A DNA stretch of 64,000 nucleotides from Entomortierella parvispora E1425. Lineage: Eukaryota > Fungi > Mortierellomycota. The DNA lies in NCBI GenBank assembly GCA_020891255.1, contig BQFW01000013.1, positions 2,596,026-2,660,025 on the forward strand, written 5' to 3'. The stretch's first letter is position 1; each line of letters opens with the position of its first letter. The notes beneath the pieces were generated by a model. It was not told the DNA's origin, did no database searches, and saw only the letters and a list, made by a program, of their open reading frames with translations. The position numbers and the translations under genes are program-made. This document shows positions 24,855-36,967 of this stretch, piece by piece.

Positions 24855-26421
24855 GGTTTAGCTGTTGGTTTGGTGGTTTGGTGATATGGAGGAAAGGAAT
24901 TGTTGTGGGTGGTGATCGCAGTGGACAGAGCTTTTTATACCTTTTTCTTTTTTTTTTTTCTTCTTATTCTCTTTCAGCTGCCAGCAATCTCAGAGCCATG
25001 TTGTCATAAAATTAGGCTCGTCACCATCCCCTCCGCCAGCCGACAGTGAGAGGGGCTGGTCGCAGAGTCGGGGGTCCATTGGAGCTGTGTGTGCACTTCT
25101 CCAACATTCTGATTCACGCCGTGCCAAGGAAATAATTTTTACATGGTGTGGAAGGGCGTACACACAGCTCTATTCGACCCCCGACTTCACGACCAGCCTC
25201 TCCAAAAGGAAGAAATGAGGGTTTCCTCTTTGGGAGGATACTTTCTGTGAGCTACGCGCCTTGTAACTACGGCCGCAGTCGTGTTAGGAGAACGTGTTGC
25301 ACCTACAGCTTCGCCCGCACCTGCATCATGTGGCGTTGGAATCGCAAGAAAAAAAAAGAGGTGTTTATTTCGCCCTCTACACGCTCACTGGCCAATCCAT
25401 TCTTAGGACAGTCAGAGAGAAGCTATGGCAGGCGTCATGCTCTCAGGGTCGTGCCTGTTCACAGCGCACTCTTTAATTGCATTGGCAGCAAACGCCACAG
25501 GCCTCACGAGCGCAGCCGTTGGGACAGTTGGGGAAGTTGGGGAAGCAAATGGCAAGACAGTTTCGCTCAACCCTGATAACGAACAAAAGACAATAGTCAG
25601 CATGCCGAAAAAGAGGAATAAAGAACCAAAAATAGAGATATCGCGCCAACTTACAGATGGTTATCGACTTCAGGCTTGGGCAAAGCTGAAGACATGGATG
25701 CGAAGGCCAACACAGCAAGTGTGAAAGTGAGGATAGCAGATGTAGCTTTCATGGTTGTGAGTGAGAGTTGTATTTGATGGAGGGGTTTGGTTGAAAAAAG
25801 AAAAAGAAAACGGGGGCAACGAGATGGAATTTAAAGAAAAGCCAACAGCTGCAGTTTTTTGCGAGGGAACCTTCGAGGCCCTCTCGGATAATCCCTCGTG
25901 GAGACCTCGTCCTTTCTGATGAGAAGAGCAATGGCTGCTGCCGAATGAAATGGGATGTGCTGTCCAGCGATCCAGAAAATGATGGCCTAACTACACCTAC
26001 TGCGGGGTCACAAGGATCCAAACCCTCCTTTTTGGCCCACCACGGGCACGTCTATGCCGTTGAACAATCAACGAGTCGCCGCTGTTTGGTGACACACAAT
26101 CTCCCATGAGCTCTAAAAAGACCCTTTTATTTTGCCCCAGCCCTCGGCGTCGCTGATTTTCCGTGAGAAACAGAGCCCACTATTACCAACATCGTGAAAA
26201 GTTGAGGCGGCGTCGAGTGAATGACTGTGGCTCCTGATGTGAAAGCGCAGCACTCCATTGTCTCCATATTCCGCATACTTTCGCGACTCTGGACACGGAC
26301 TATTTCTTCCAAAGAAGGAGAAGAAGAAAAAAAGTCGTTAAAAGCGTCATATGTTATCATACTCGTTCTTTTCTCTCTCAATTCCTCACTTTCTCACTTT
26401 TTTCCTGACAAGTAACACACC

Positions 26422-26729
26422 ATGAAATCCACCACTGCCATCTTTGCCTTCACCTTGGCCTGCTTGGCCGTTCTGTCCACCTCGACTGCCAAGCCAATCT
26501 CAGAGAACCGCCTGTAAGTCAACCTGGTCTCTTTTGAAAATGGCCACCCTACATGGCGGAAACGAGAAACTACAAATAGTAGCTTACCAATTCCCTGGGC
26601 GCTCTCCTATTCCTGCATCTATTTAGTGAGCCGAGAAGATGTCTTTCTTTGTGCGCGCCCATTTACACCAACTGCCCCAACGGTTGTGCCCACAAGGACT
26701 GCTTCGGAGACTGCTGCGAATGCCTCTAA
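26422..26729 (+). CDS. Secreted 64-aa prepropeptide releasing a 29-aa, 8-Cys peptide (not in the ORF track)
   Basis: Exons 26422-26513 and 26627-26729, intron GTAAGT...TTTAG, 195 nt. MKSTTAIFAFTLACLAVLSTSTA-KPISENRLEPRR-CLSLCAPIYTNCPNGCAHKDCFGDCCECL. Confidence 0.85.
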
Positions 26730-29260
26730 AGTCAGATCTAGTTTACTGACAGTTAACAGATTAAAAAAAAAGACGGGTGAGAGGTGATCAGGTGGTCATG
26801 ATCTCTTGCTCGTTCCCAGAACTTACGGTCTTGCCAAGTGACGCCCAGGCTGTGGACTACGCGCCGCATTCAAAAATGCTGCAGAGTGGCTCTTTTTATA
26901 GATGCCATGATTGTCGCCGTCAAATGGACCATGGTCCCACAAAAGAAAATTTCATGGGAACTGAGTGGGGAGAATTCTGCAGTTGCTGACATCCGACCGA
27001 CTCGTTCTGATGTCGAAGAGGTTCATGAGCCTTTGCTCGCACGAAAAGTCGAAAAGTTGCTGTACCAATGCTGCATTGGCGAAGGGAGTCTCCTGGGGTG
27101 TTGAATGAAGAGCTGGACCTAATATGTATTTGGTGAAGACTTGATCAGCGAGAAAGCTCTAGTTCCTTGATAGAGTGAAGTCTGGGGTCGCCGCTTGTTG
27201 ATCCAGATACAAGATTTGGTCTGATTCTCAGCCATACTGCAAAATACCTGTTTTTTTAACGGTGGTGCTGATTTGGGATACCTGGTTGTGCGGCTGCTTG
27301 GCATTTGCTGGTTCAAACGTTGGATAAAGTGATATCGGGTTTTGCTCTCAGCCCTGTTGAAAAGCCTTTGCTCTAGCTGATGGAAACAACAGCCGTTGTC
27401 TATTGCAGTCTCTGACAAATCCGATGCAAAGCAAAGTTCCATACCGTTGCCATGATTCGGAGTTTGAGTGGATTGTCTTGCTAAAGGCAGACGCGCGAGC
27501 ACCCTAGTGAAGCAAGCACAAGGGAGCTGTCGATGGATTTCAGCATCACCTAATGACCCAAAGAATGAAATGTCAGCATTAGTGAACTCGACTTGTCCAT
27601 CCCAACGGAATGTTGGAATGTTCTATACAGGCATGCAGCAGTTGAGAATTACGAAATTACAATTGCCACGACTCCATGCGCGCCAGACATGGCCCAGGTG
27701 CATCCGCGTGTCCTGCCTCCTGCTGAAATCGACTGTCTCAATGAATCCGTGTATTTTTTGAGTTGGACATCTGACTGAAGCGGCGGCTGTTCCTCCTCGA
27801 GTGCAAGAAGGTGGAGTGAGGAGGCTACAGGTCAAGGAAGGTGAAGGTAGCCAAAGGGGAGGTGGTCCATGCGAGAGGTCAGACAGGGCGAGAAAGGATC
27901 GATTCTTTATTTCCGTGCAAGGTTGGAAATGGCGGCTGAATTTGTGCTTTTGTTTGAAGTTGTGGTCAGCGCTCTCCTCCCTGCTGCTGTTCTCAAGTGT
28001 TGTCGCCATCCACTACTCAGTTCTATGAAGCGCCATGAACGACGTCCAATAAACTGCTCCATCCTTGATGCTCGGTACTCTGTTATTTTGCCAGAAGCTC
28101 TTGCTATGTGCAAAAACAGTTTTTTATTTACATCTTTCATTCGTCAAGGACGAAGAATTGTCACCCTTTTTCTAGGGTGGCACTGAGCTCGAAATAGAGG
28201 AGAGCTAGAGACCCTTTTTTTGATGCGAGCTAGAGCTGCTCTTGTTTGAACCATGCTGCTGTTCGTGCTGCTTGTTAGAGCCAGAGTGATCCTTGTCATT
28301 GCGGTGATCGTTGGGGTCGCGCTTGAAGTTGGATTGGGTCGAGGCGCCGTGTTGACGCTTGGGGGGGTTCGACAATTGCTCATTGCGCTGCTGAGCGAGC
28401 TCGGATGCGCTAAGGCCCTTCTCGGAAGCTTGTTGGTGCTTGTTCATGACGTGGTAAAAAGGCGGGTGTTGTGCGGGAAGATTGAGGTGAATGAGAGGAG
28501 ACGAGGGAAGATGAGTTTGCGGGATTGCAGGTCTTTTATGAATCCTGCTGCAGCACTCTTGTTGGTATGGTAGGTCGATTTCCTCGATGTCTCAAAAAAA
28601 AAAAAAATCGGAAAAAAAAATATGTCACCAGACGTCAAAGACCTTTTTTTTTTTGTTTTGTCTCGTTCCAAGTGGATATGAACCACTGTCGGTTCACCTT
28701 GCCCTCAAGGAGTGGTGCGTTGATAGTTTGCCACTGACCTGCCACATTGTCTACGGGACGCGTCGTCTTGGTTGTGTTCAGAGGACCCCCGTACACAGCA
28801 AAGAAATCGACTCAAGATACGTGTCGTAGGCTCAATCCAGTTGCGGTTCAAACGAAGGGATTGGTGATACCGGGCTGGAGGAGGCTAAATACGCCAGCGA
28901 TGCAAAAGTCAAACGATATCAATTGACGTTCAATTGACAAAGACAGAATTGACCCGCCAAGAGTGTCGGAGTTCAAGGATTGACCTGTGCATGGAAGGAT
29001 CGCCCTCTGGCTGGCTTGCAGTGCACTTGAGCCCATGACCACGTGGTCGATTTTGTCCCGGGTTTACGCCTCTGGTGTGCACCCAAACGAAATGAAGGCG
29101 CCATCGATCGAGGTATCAACGTCAGGTACATGTAGTTTTTGCTCACAAGCAACAGGTGGCGTCGAGCTTATCTGGAGATAGTGACTCAGGGCAAATCATT
29201 CTTCTCTCTCCCTTAGCTCTTTCATCCCTCTCCTCTCTTCCCTCTCCCCTCAGAAAAAAA

Positions 29261-29812
29261 ATGTCGCCAACCAACATCATTGTCCGTTCAGCGAACCCCT
29301 CCGACGTTGGTGCTATCCTGTCTCTTATTCATGAGCTGGCCAAGTACGAGAAGGAGCCTGCATCTACCGTTGAAGCTACTGAGGAATCCTTGTTGAAGAC
29401 GCTTCGATTCACACCACCTCACCCGACATCCCAGAACTTGGCGTCATGCCTCTTGGCTTTTGTGCCCTGTTCTCCTGAACCCGTCGGATTTGCCCTCTAC
29501 TTCACCAATTACTCGACTTGGCGGGGTCGTGGAGGCATTTATCTGGAAGATCTTTTTGTCAAGGAGTCAGTCCGTGGACAGCGTGTTGGAAAGCGGCTTT
29601 TGGGCGAACTGGCCAGAGAAGTCGAAGCCATGAATGGTGGCCGCTTGGAATGGTCTGTTTTGAAATGGAACGAGCCCAGTATTCAGTTCTACAAGTCCTT
29701 GGGTGCCGTTGTCATGGATGAATGGCATACAATGAGGGTGGATGGTGAGGCATTGACAAAGCTTTCCAGGAACGGAGAGGGCATCGAAGGAAAGAGCACA
29801 ACACTTATGTGA
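29261..29812 (+). CDS. GNAT N-acetyltransferase (SSAT/polyamine acetyltransferase-like), 183 aa
   Basis: ELAKYEK, YSTWRGRGGIYLEDLFV, RGQRVGKRLL and WNEPSIQFYKSLGA. Confidence 0.92.
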   Translation: MSPTNIIVRSANPSDVGAILSLIHELAKYEKEPASTVEATEESLLKTLRFTPPHPTSQNLASCLLAFVPCSPEPVGFALYFTNYSTWRGRGGIYLEDLFVKESVRGQRVGKRLLGELAREVEAMNGGRLEWSVLKWNEPSIQFYKSLGAVVMDEWHTMRVDGEALTKLSRNGEGIEGKSTTLM

Positions 29813-30003
29813 AAATCAACACGGAGCGTGAGATTTCCTTGCTGCGCAATAAAAACGAGTTCTTTTTTTTTTTTTTTTTTTTTTTATTGATTGGTGCCTT
29901 GAGCGCTGCTCCTTCGGCATTGGATTGTGGGAAGCGACTACGTATTCGAATCGGGAGGAAGGCGAAGAAGCCCAGCTTTGCACGCTCTCTCCCTTTTTCT
30001 CAT

Positions 30004-32302
30004 TTACTCATAAAGACGGCGACGTCTCATCGAAGCGGAGCAGGCATTGCCCTTGGTCCAAACACTGTTACTGCCCGGGGTATCGCCCTGAGTCCACCAC
30101 TGAGCGGTATAAATGTAGCCCCCATAAACGACACTAGCTCCAGAGTTATATGCTGTGGTCGAAGACCAAGCGGCAGTGCTACCACAGGAGCCAGGAGCAG
30201 GAGCCGATCCACCTCCACTACCACTGCAGGCACCATTGTCAGTCCAAGGAGCGCCAGCCGTGGGGACATTGTTCTGAGACCACCATTGAGCGGTGTATTG
30301 ATGTCCATTGTACGAGACTACAGCACCACCATTATAAGCAGTACTGGCAGACCAAGCGGCGGCCGTGCATCCAGAGCTGGGGGGAGATGTAGGTGAGGCA
30401 GAAGCCACAGCTGTCGTGGTCTTGGTCGGATTGACTGTGGTGGTGGGCTGAGTGGCGCTGATGGAAGTGGGGGCAGTTCCAGCAGAAGTAGAGCTAACCA
30501 CAGCACCACCTGGCTGGGGAATAGTGCCCGAGCAGCGAGCTGCAGATCCAAGTGCGGCTTTACAGATTTGTTGTGCAACAGAGGATGCCTCAACGTTTGT
30601 AGGGGCTCCTTGGGGTTTGTACAATTCCCAAAAGAACTAGAATGTCATCAAACGAAAGAGGAGAGTCAGTTCTCTTGAAAGAAGGAGAACAATTGTGGTC
30701 ACCAAATCACTTACACCTCCGTTGGCTCCAAAAGTGGAAAGAATCGTGGTGAGCTCGGATTGAATCAAAGGAAGCTGGTGAGTGGGGTCGTGAGTGGGAT
30801 CTGGGTAGGCGGGAGTACCGATTTCATAGCCGACCTGGGCTGACATTCCATTCGCCGAGTACGTGTTCATGTAGTATTGAACCTGCTCGCTCAAAGTACA
30901 GGCTGTTGGTGTTGGGCACTCGTAGTCCGATTCGTTGTCCGACAGATCGTAGGTCATGATGTTAACACCACCACTGTTGGCGATACCATTGTAGAGATCG
31001 GGATAGAACTTGAAAACGTAGTACCAGATATCCTTGAGGTTTCCACCCCACCAGTCCGATGAGTCGCCACCAGCTGCGGCGGCAGCTGTCGAAAGCTTGA
31101 GAGTGGGATCAATTGCGGCAATGTTGAGAAGAACATCCTTCATGATGGCGCTGTACTTGTAGACGGTTTGATAGTTGGTCCAAGGGCCTTCACTGGGACC
31201 ATTCCTGAAATAGTCGGCGTGCCACATCTCCTCGTAATCTGTCCGTGGATTTCAATGGTGGTAGGTGGATCAACGTTTAAGATGGGTTAGGGGTTGGGAA
31301 GTGCAATTGAATGGACAATCCGATTAATGAGATCAACGGTTAACGTACCAATATCAACTCCAGCAAGGCCAAGATCCTTGGCCAAGTAAACCAGGTCCTG
31401 ATAAGGGTCGCGGTTGACTGTACTGAAGTAGTTGTCTCCCGGCACCGTGACAACCATCGAGTTATTGGTATCGGTCCACTGCAGGCCTTTTGTCGTAGTG
31501 AAAAGTTGAAAACGCTTGTTAGATTTCGGTTCATCGTTGACTCAATATTCAGCGTGATGGCTTCATGATCTTTAGGACAATTGCTCCTACCTGGGTTCAA
31601 GTTGGGGTGGAAGACTGGATAGTCTCCTCCGGCAGTGGCTATGACATATTTCTGAGCAGCCTGCCAGGTGCTAGAGTATGAGGGCTCTGGGAACACGGCA
31701 AAATTGGCAAGTGTAGTACCCGCGCTCTGAGGCTCGCAGGTGTAACACCACTGATTTGCAATTGTGCAGTTGGCAAGACCTCCGAAATCTGTGATCTCGT
31801 AGTAATTGGAATTGTCAGTGGCGCCGTAGCTTGCGATCGAGTAGTACGTGTACATGTACTATTGCGCGAGAGAAAACAGGCAGTTAGAGAGAACTGAAAG
31901 GCTGCACTGGCAATGACAATATTCATGTTTATCCAAACGTACTGGAAAGCATCCGTAGTCCCATCCTCCTACGGAGAGAAAGACCTCAACGCCGCCGGCC
32001 TGAAGAGCTGCCACTTTTGTCTTGATATCTGCAAAACCATAATCGCCCGAGGTGGCATAGTTCAGTCCTACGTATTGGAGGGTGTTTGATCCAGGAACAT
32101 AGGCTAGAGTTGGACTAGCAAAAGATAAATAGAGACGATTGATGGGCACAGTTGCGGCATTCTGGGCCAGAGCCTGAAGCTTCGAAGGTCCATCAACTGG
32201 ATCCAAGAGAAGATATCCTCCGACAACAGGGGTTGCTGCCAGGGCGCTGCAGGCAAGAGTTAAGGCCGAAGCAATTGATGCGTAGGCAGCTAATAAATGC
32301 AT
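30004..32302 (-). CDS. Secreted GH18 chitinase with Thr/Ser linker and two CBM5/12 chitin-binding modules, 640 aa
   Basis: Exons 32302-31943, 31858-31591, 31486-31349, 31238-30715, 30636-30004 (1923 nt). LSVGGW, GVDI|DYEE (DxDxE), GG|FFWE, and two W...Y..G..V.Y.G..Y.AQWW modules. Confidence 0.88.
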
Positions 32303-34687
32303 ACTTCTGGGTGGACGTTGCGATGGAGGGGAAGAACAGATGTTGAGTTGAGAGGATGTGTTCGCTGCAGGCGCCGAAAGCATCATTTATACGTTTTCGC
32401 TACCACCGTCAAACTGTATGTATGGGAAACCAGCGCCCACCTTGGCCCTATGTTGCTCCTGGAGGGGGGGTTTTTTTTAGCGCGATTGGATTTGTGATAA
32501 GGTGGACCCCTGCCCACAGACCCACAGATCCATTGACGAATGTGCCCAAGGGTAAATTTGTGGACACAATCTGTCATCTGCAAGGGACCTTGCTTTGGTG
32601 CACCCACAGATCCCTGCTGTCATCGATCTTTTGTATTTTAGCTTCCTTTTTGGACAGCTGGTTCATCCGTGCAGAGGAGATATCTCTTTTCACTTTTTTT
32701 TTCATACCGCAAATATTCCCAGTGCCCTTCCTCTCAATGAGGTGGATGATGTTACTGTATGTATGTCTTTGGCGTTGTTGATGCACGAGAGAAAAAAAAA
32801 GAGATGGTGGTCGATGCCATCTGTAGCGCAAGAAAGATGTTTCCCCGAGACCAAGGTGCGGGCAAGAGGAATGTGGAGAGGCAGCCGATGAAATGTTTTT
32901 CCAGATCGGCTCAATGACACGTCTAACATTTGTGGGACAACCCACCAACGACTCAAAAAGTTTGTGGCCAACGATAGTCCGTGGTAAAAGATTACCATCG
33001 ATAAGGAATGTGGAACCGTGCGGACCTCGCGAGTGAAAGAACACGCTCTTTCAAGTTCGAAAGGAGCAGCCGACAAGCCAACATCATGGTTTAAATTGTT
33101 CATCGATACCACAATCGCATTTTTTTCTTCACCATCATCCACTTTATTGAGCCTGGATTGCTTGTATGATTAGGCATCATCTGTGCTACTCGCCGTTGAC
33201 AAAACCCCATTGATCACATATCTTGGTTGATGCACACGAGTTCTTTGCGGTGCGCTCTTGTCGCTCACTCTTTAATAGAGTCCAGGCCTTTCTTTCATCC
33301 GACAACCACCACTTTCGTCGTATTACCTGCATACACGGTGAACATTTCATTTCCTAGGTCCCGATCCAACTTCTACAACTGCATGGACCGCCGAACTGCA
33401 TCCCTAAAGTTTAGATCGATAGCGAAGGTATTGCTCTCAGAAGGGAAAGAACGGCTCACCCTAACTTGCGAATCTCCCCTTGATCATGACCTTGCAGGAT
33501 TGCATGTACACGCAGTAGTTGCTATAGTCGGAGGATCCTTTATCCCTCACGTGGTTGACTGACACTTTACCTGGTTTGGACCGGCCGAGTTCTCTGGATC
33601 CGTTGTAAGATGAAGAGGGGCTCGGTACCATAATATCCTAAGAGTCAAGGTATTCCTTGCTTCAAATTTCGCTCAGACCAGAGAGATCATCGCCTAGAGA
33701 GGGCGGGAGAGAACGTGTTTGAGACCCCTCAGGACGCTGGAATTGTTGTTTGCATCAGCCTGTGGATCCCAGCCTGACTTGTGGATATCTGGGCTCGATG
33801 ATTGCGTCGCAAGGACTCAGAAAAAAACAAGAAATCAGCTGTATTCCCCTCTATTGAGCTGGAGACGTTGGAGCTAAGCTTCGGGAATCCCGCTGTTGGG
33901 GAACGCCCTGGTTAAATCTGATCGAGTCATTGACATACTTGTAGCGGTGACTCTGTGTGTTGGCTTGGAGTCTAAACCAAGGAGTTGATGCCCCGCCTCC
34001 AAGGAGATATCTCTGTAGTGAACCTTGCTGATTGAATTGGGCCATCTCACCGATCAGGTAGCTCGTCGACCTGTGAGTCGAAAATGGCGGGAATGGAGAG
34101 GGGAGAAGTAGTGCAACCCGCCCCTCATAGATCAGAGGCCTCTGAATCCTTCACAGACAGTCAGACGAGGTCGTGATGGTATTCTTGGTTGTGGGGCTAG
34201 GGCAGTTGGAGCCTGATGGTGAGGAGAAAGCCACAGAGGGGGGACCGCGTCCATGAATATGTTTTGACTGTGGATATGAGAAAAGCCCAGGGCTGCTTCC
34301 GTCCAAGTTCCTGAGACTGATGAGTATAAGCATACAAGTGGAGGACACGGTTGGTGCTTTGACAATGAGTTTGGGCGGTGCGAAGGACGGACGCGTGGTG
34401 GAAGAGAACGCCGCGGGGTCATGGTGAAGGAGCTGTGGTTGTGTGTGGACAAGAGACACCGCCGCAAGGCGAGGCGCAAAACAAGGTGATCGTGTTTTAG
34501 GCTTTGCCGCAGCAACGCCGCAAGTGTGGTGACACCACGATTGATCGCGGCAGAAGGAGTCTCGTTTTTCTTCTTTCGAGGGTTGGAGGAGCATGAGGCA
34601 AGAAGTGCTCAGCAGTTGGATGCTGATCGCCCGTTTGTTCTCTCTCTCTCTCTCTCCTTCTTTCTCTTTCTCTCCCTTTTGTTCCCA

Positions 34688-34752
34688 CCTTCCTTCTTTC
34701 CTTCCTTCCTTCCTTCCTTCCTTCCTTCCTTCCTTCCTTCCTTCCTTCCTTC
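34688..34752. repeat. (CCTT)n microsatellite
   Basis: About 15 near-perfect units just upstream of the WW gene ATG. Confidence 0.9.
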
Positions 34753-34774
34753 AGACACGCCCTCATCGCCAAGG

Positions 34775-35485
34775 ATGTCCGCCAAGTCGCCACCATCATC
34801 CCAGAATCACCAACACACGCCAACACCAGAGTGGAGGTCAACGCCAAGTGCATCAGGTGCAGATCCCGCCCTTGATTTCGTCCTCGCTTCTGCTCCTACC
34901 CAGGGACAGAACACACCGCTCGTGATACCATTCTCATCGGCCCCGTCTACTCCCTCCCCGGCTCCTACGACAAGTGACCCGAGTTCTCCAGCAACCAACA
35001 ATGGAGCAACAGGACTTGCACCTACCAGCGTTATCCCTTCCGCGTCAGGATCAAGCCCCTTGCCCGCAGGATGGGAAAAACGCCAGGCACTCGATGGACG
35101 CCCCTACTATGTAAATCATAATACGAAATCGACCAGCTGGGAGGACCCCAGAACAGCAGCATCAATGGCGCCTACTTCTACCACTTCTCCATCAACACCT
35201 AACACCAACCCTGCTGGATTATCTCCATTGGCTGCAGGATGGGAAAAACGCCAGACATCCGAGGGGCGGCCCTACTATGTGGATCATAATACCAAAACAA
35301 CCTCCTGGGTGGAACCCAAAACCGAGGCTGAATCAAGTCCCTTGCCCGCAGGATGGGAAAGGCGAAAGACAGCTAAAGGGCATCTTTATTTCGTGGATCA
35401 TAATACCCACACGACCACCTGGTTGCAGCCCAGAGCAACAACAGCAACAACAGCAACAACCACTCCACCAAAGCTGAAGCAATAG
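34775..35485 (+). CDS. Stand-alone protein with three Rsp5/Nedd4-type WW domains, 236 aa
   Basis: [61 protein letters not shown] and [31 protein letters not shown]; stop at 35485. Confidence 0.85.
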   Translation: MSAKSPPSSQNHQHTPTPEWRSTPSASGADPALDFVLASAPTQGQNTPLVIPFSSAPSTPSPAPTTSDPSSPATNNGATGLAPTSVIPSASGSSPLPAGWEKRQALDGRPYYVNHNTKSTSWEDPRTAASMAPTSTTSPSTPNTNPAGLSPLAAGWEKRQTSEGRPYYVDHNTKTTSWVEPKTEAESSPLPAGWERRKTAKGHLYFVDHNTHTTTWLQPRATTATTATTTPPKLKQ

Positions 35486-36967
35486 CGTCGGCTTCCCGCG
35501 AATCCATCGGCCGCTCTTCCTTTCGCTCTCTCGTATGCTTCTGCTCAAGGTCAAAACATATCGAACACGACGACGATGTCGATGCCGATGCTGGAGCCTA
35601 CCACACAGGCCAACCAGTGACAGAGGCACCAGTTTTCTATAGTGACCCACAGGGACTGTACCCACTCTCTTTGGACAAATATACTCTCCAGCTCAAACTC
35701 CACCCTTTTCAGGCAGATCGACCTACCCAGTAGCAACACTCACCTGCTCAAAGTCACCTTTCCGCAGGTGTTCTTGGCCTCAGTTGAACTATCCTGTGGG
35801 CATCCCTGTGCCTACTTTACTCAACCTCTATACTCTGCACATGGTCAGTCTACACTCACAACAACAATAAACTTAGCAAATTGCTGGAACACAAGAAGTC
35901 CCCTCAAAAGATTAGAGCTATATTTGTGAATTATTATTTACCGTGTTGATATGTCTCCATACTAGCATCGGATGAGGCCGTACCACTTCCCAGCGCATGG
36001 GTAGCAGTGGATGTAAGATAAATCCTCGTCCGACCTTTTATATTATCCAACTTTTGCACCTTCACACCATTTTAGTATCACCATGAGCTGGACCCATCAT
36101 GTCCAGGGGAAGATAATAAACGGTTGGTTTGGGTAGACCTGACGGAACCTATTGTTGTTTATCCGAGCATGGTCATCGCTGTCACATCCTCGACGAGATT
36201 GGCACGCTCTGCAGACAATGGGCAATGGGATTCTTTGCTGGTGTCACATTCATTCTGGGTGCCTTGCCATCAGATAGGGCTTCCTCAATATTGATTCCTC
36301 TTTATCCCAAACACTTGCAGAACAAATTGAACTGCTGGCCGGGGCAATTGCTCCTTATTACACCGTTCTGCCTTTCCGTAAGCACTTTACTACGAAACCC
36401 TGCTTGATCGCTTTATTCGCAGCATCGTTGAGAGTGACGATCGCCGGAGAACCTGATACTCCCATCCAGTTTCTTGGTAACGAGTCAAACCATCTCAAAC
36501 CCGTTATTGTTGGTCCACGTACCAATCCAGTGTGCCGCGACGCGACAAGTTGTATGAGTTGGCAGGGCAGAGTGATCTAACCACAGACGCGAAGTCAGGA
36601 GGCAATGGTCAAGCCAACAAACAAGCCAACAGACAAGCACTGGTTGGCATACCAGCAGCGCATGCGGCAGAGACTTCACCTCTCTTCAGTCACTGAAGGG
36701 ATGGTGGCGTGTTTTTTTTATTGTTTTTATGTCAGTTTCTGAATGCTCATCCTTATCAGAATTCTACAAGGGGTCATATGTCACAGCCTCTCAACCTATC
36801 CATCACCCTGTTGTTATCATGTTTACAGATGAAAGAACATGTATTCAGAAACATCAAGTACCTTTTTTTTTAGGGCGCCACAGAGCAAATGTCATACAGT
36901 GCTGCAATCCGCACACAGAAGGGAAAAAAGAGTGGAGGGTGAACGGGCCTCGCCTCAAGACAAGGTC

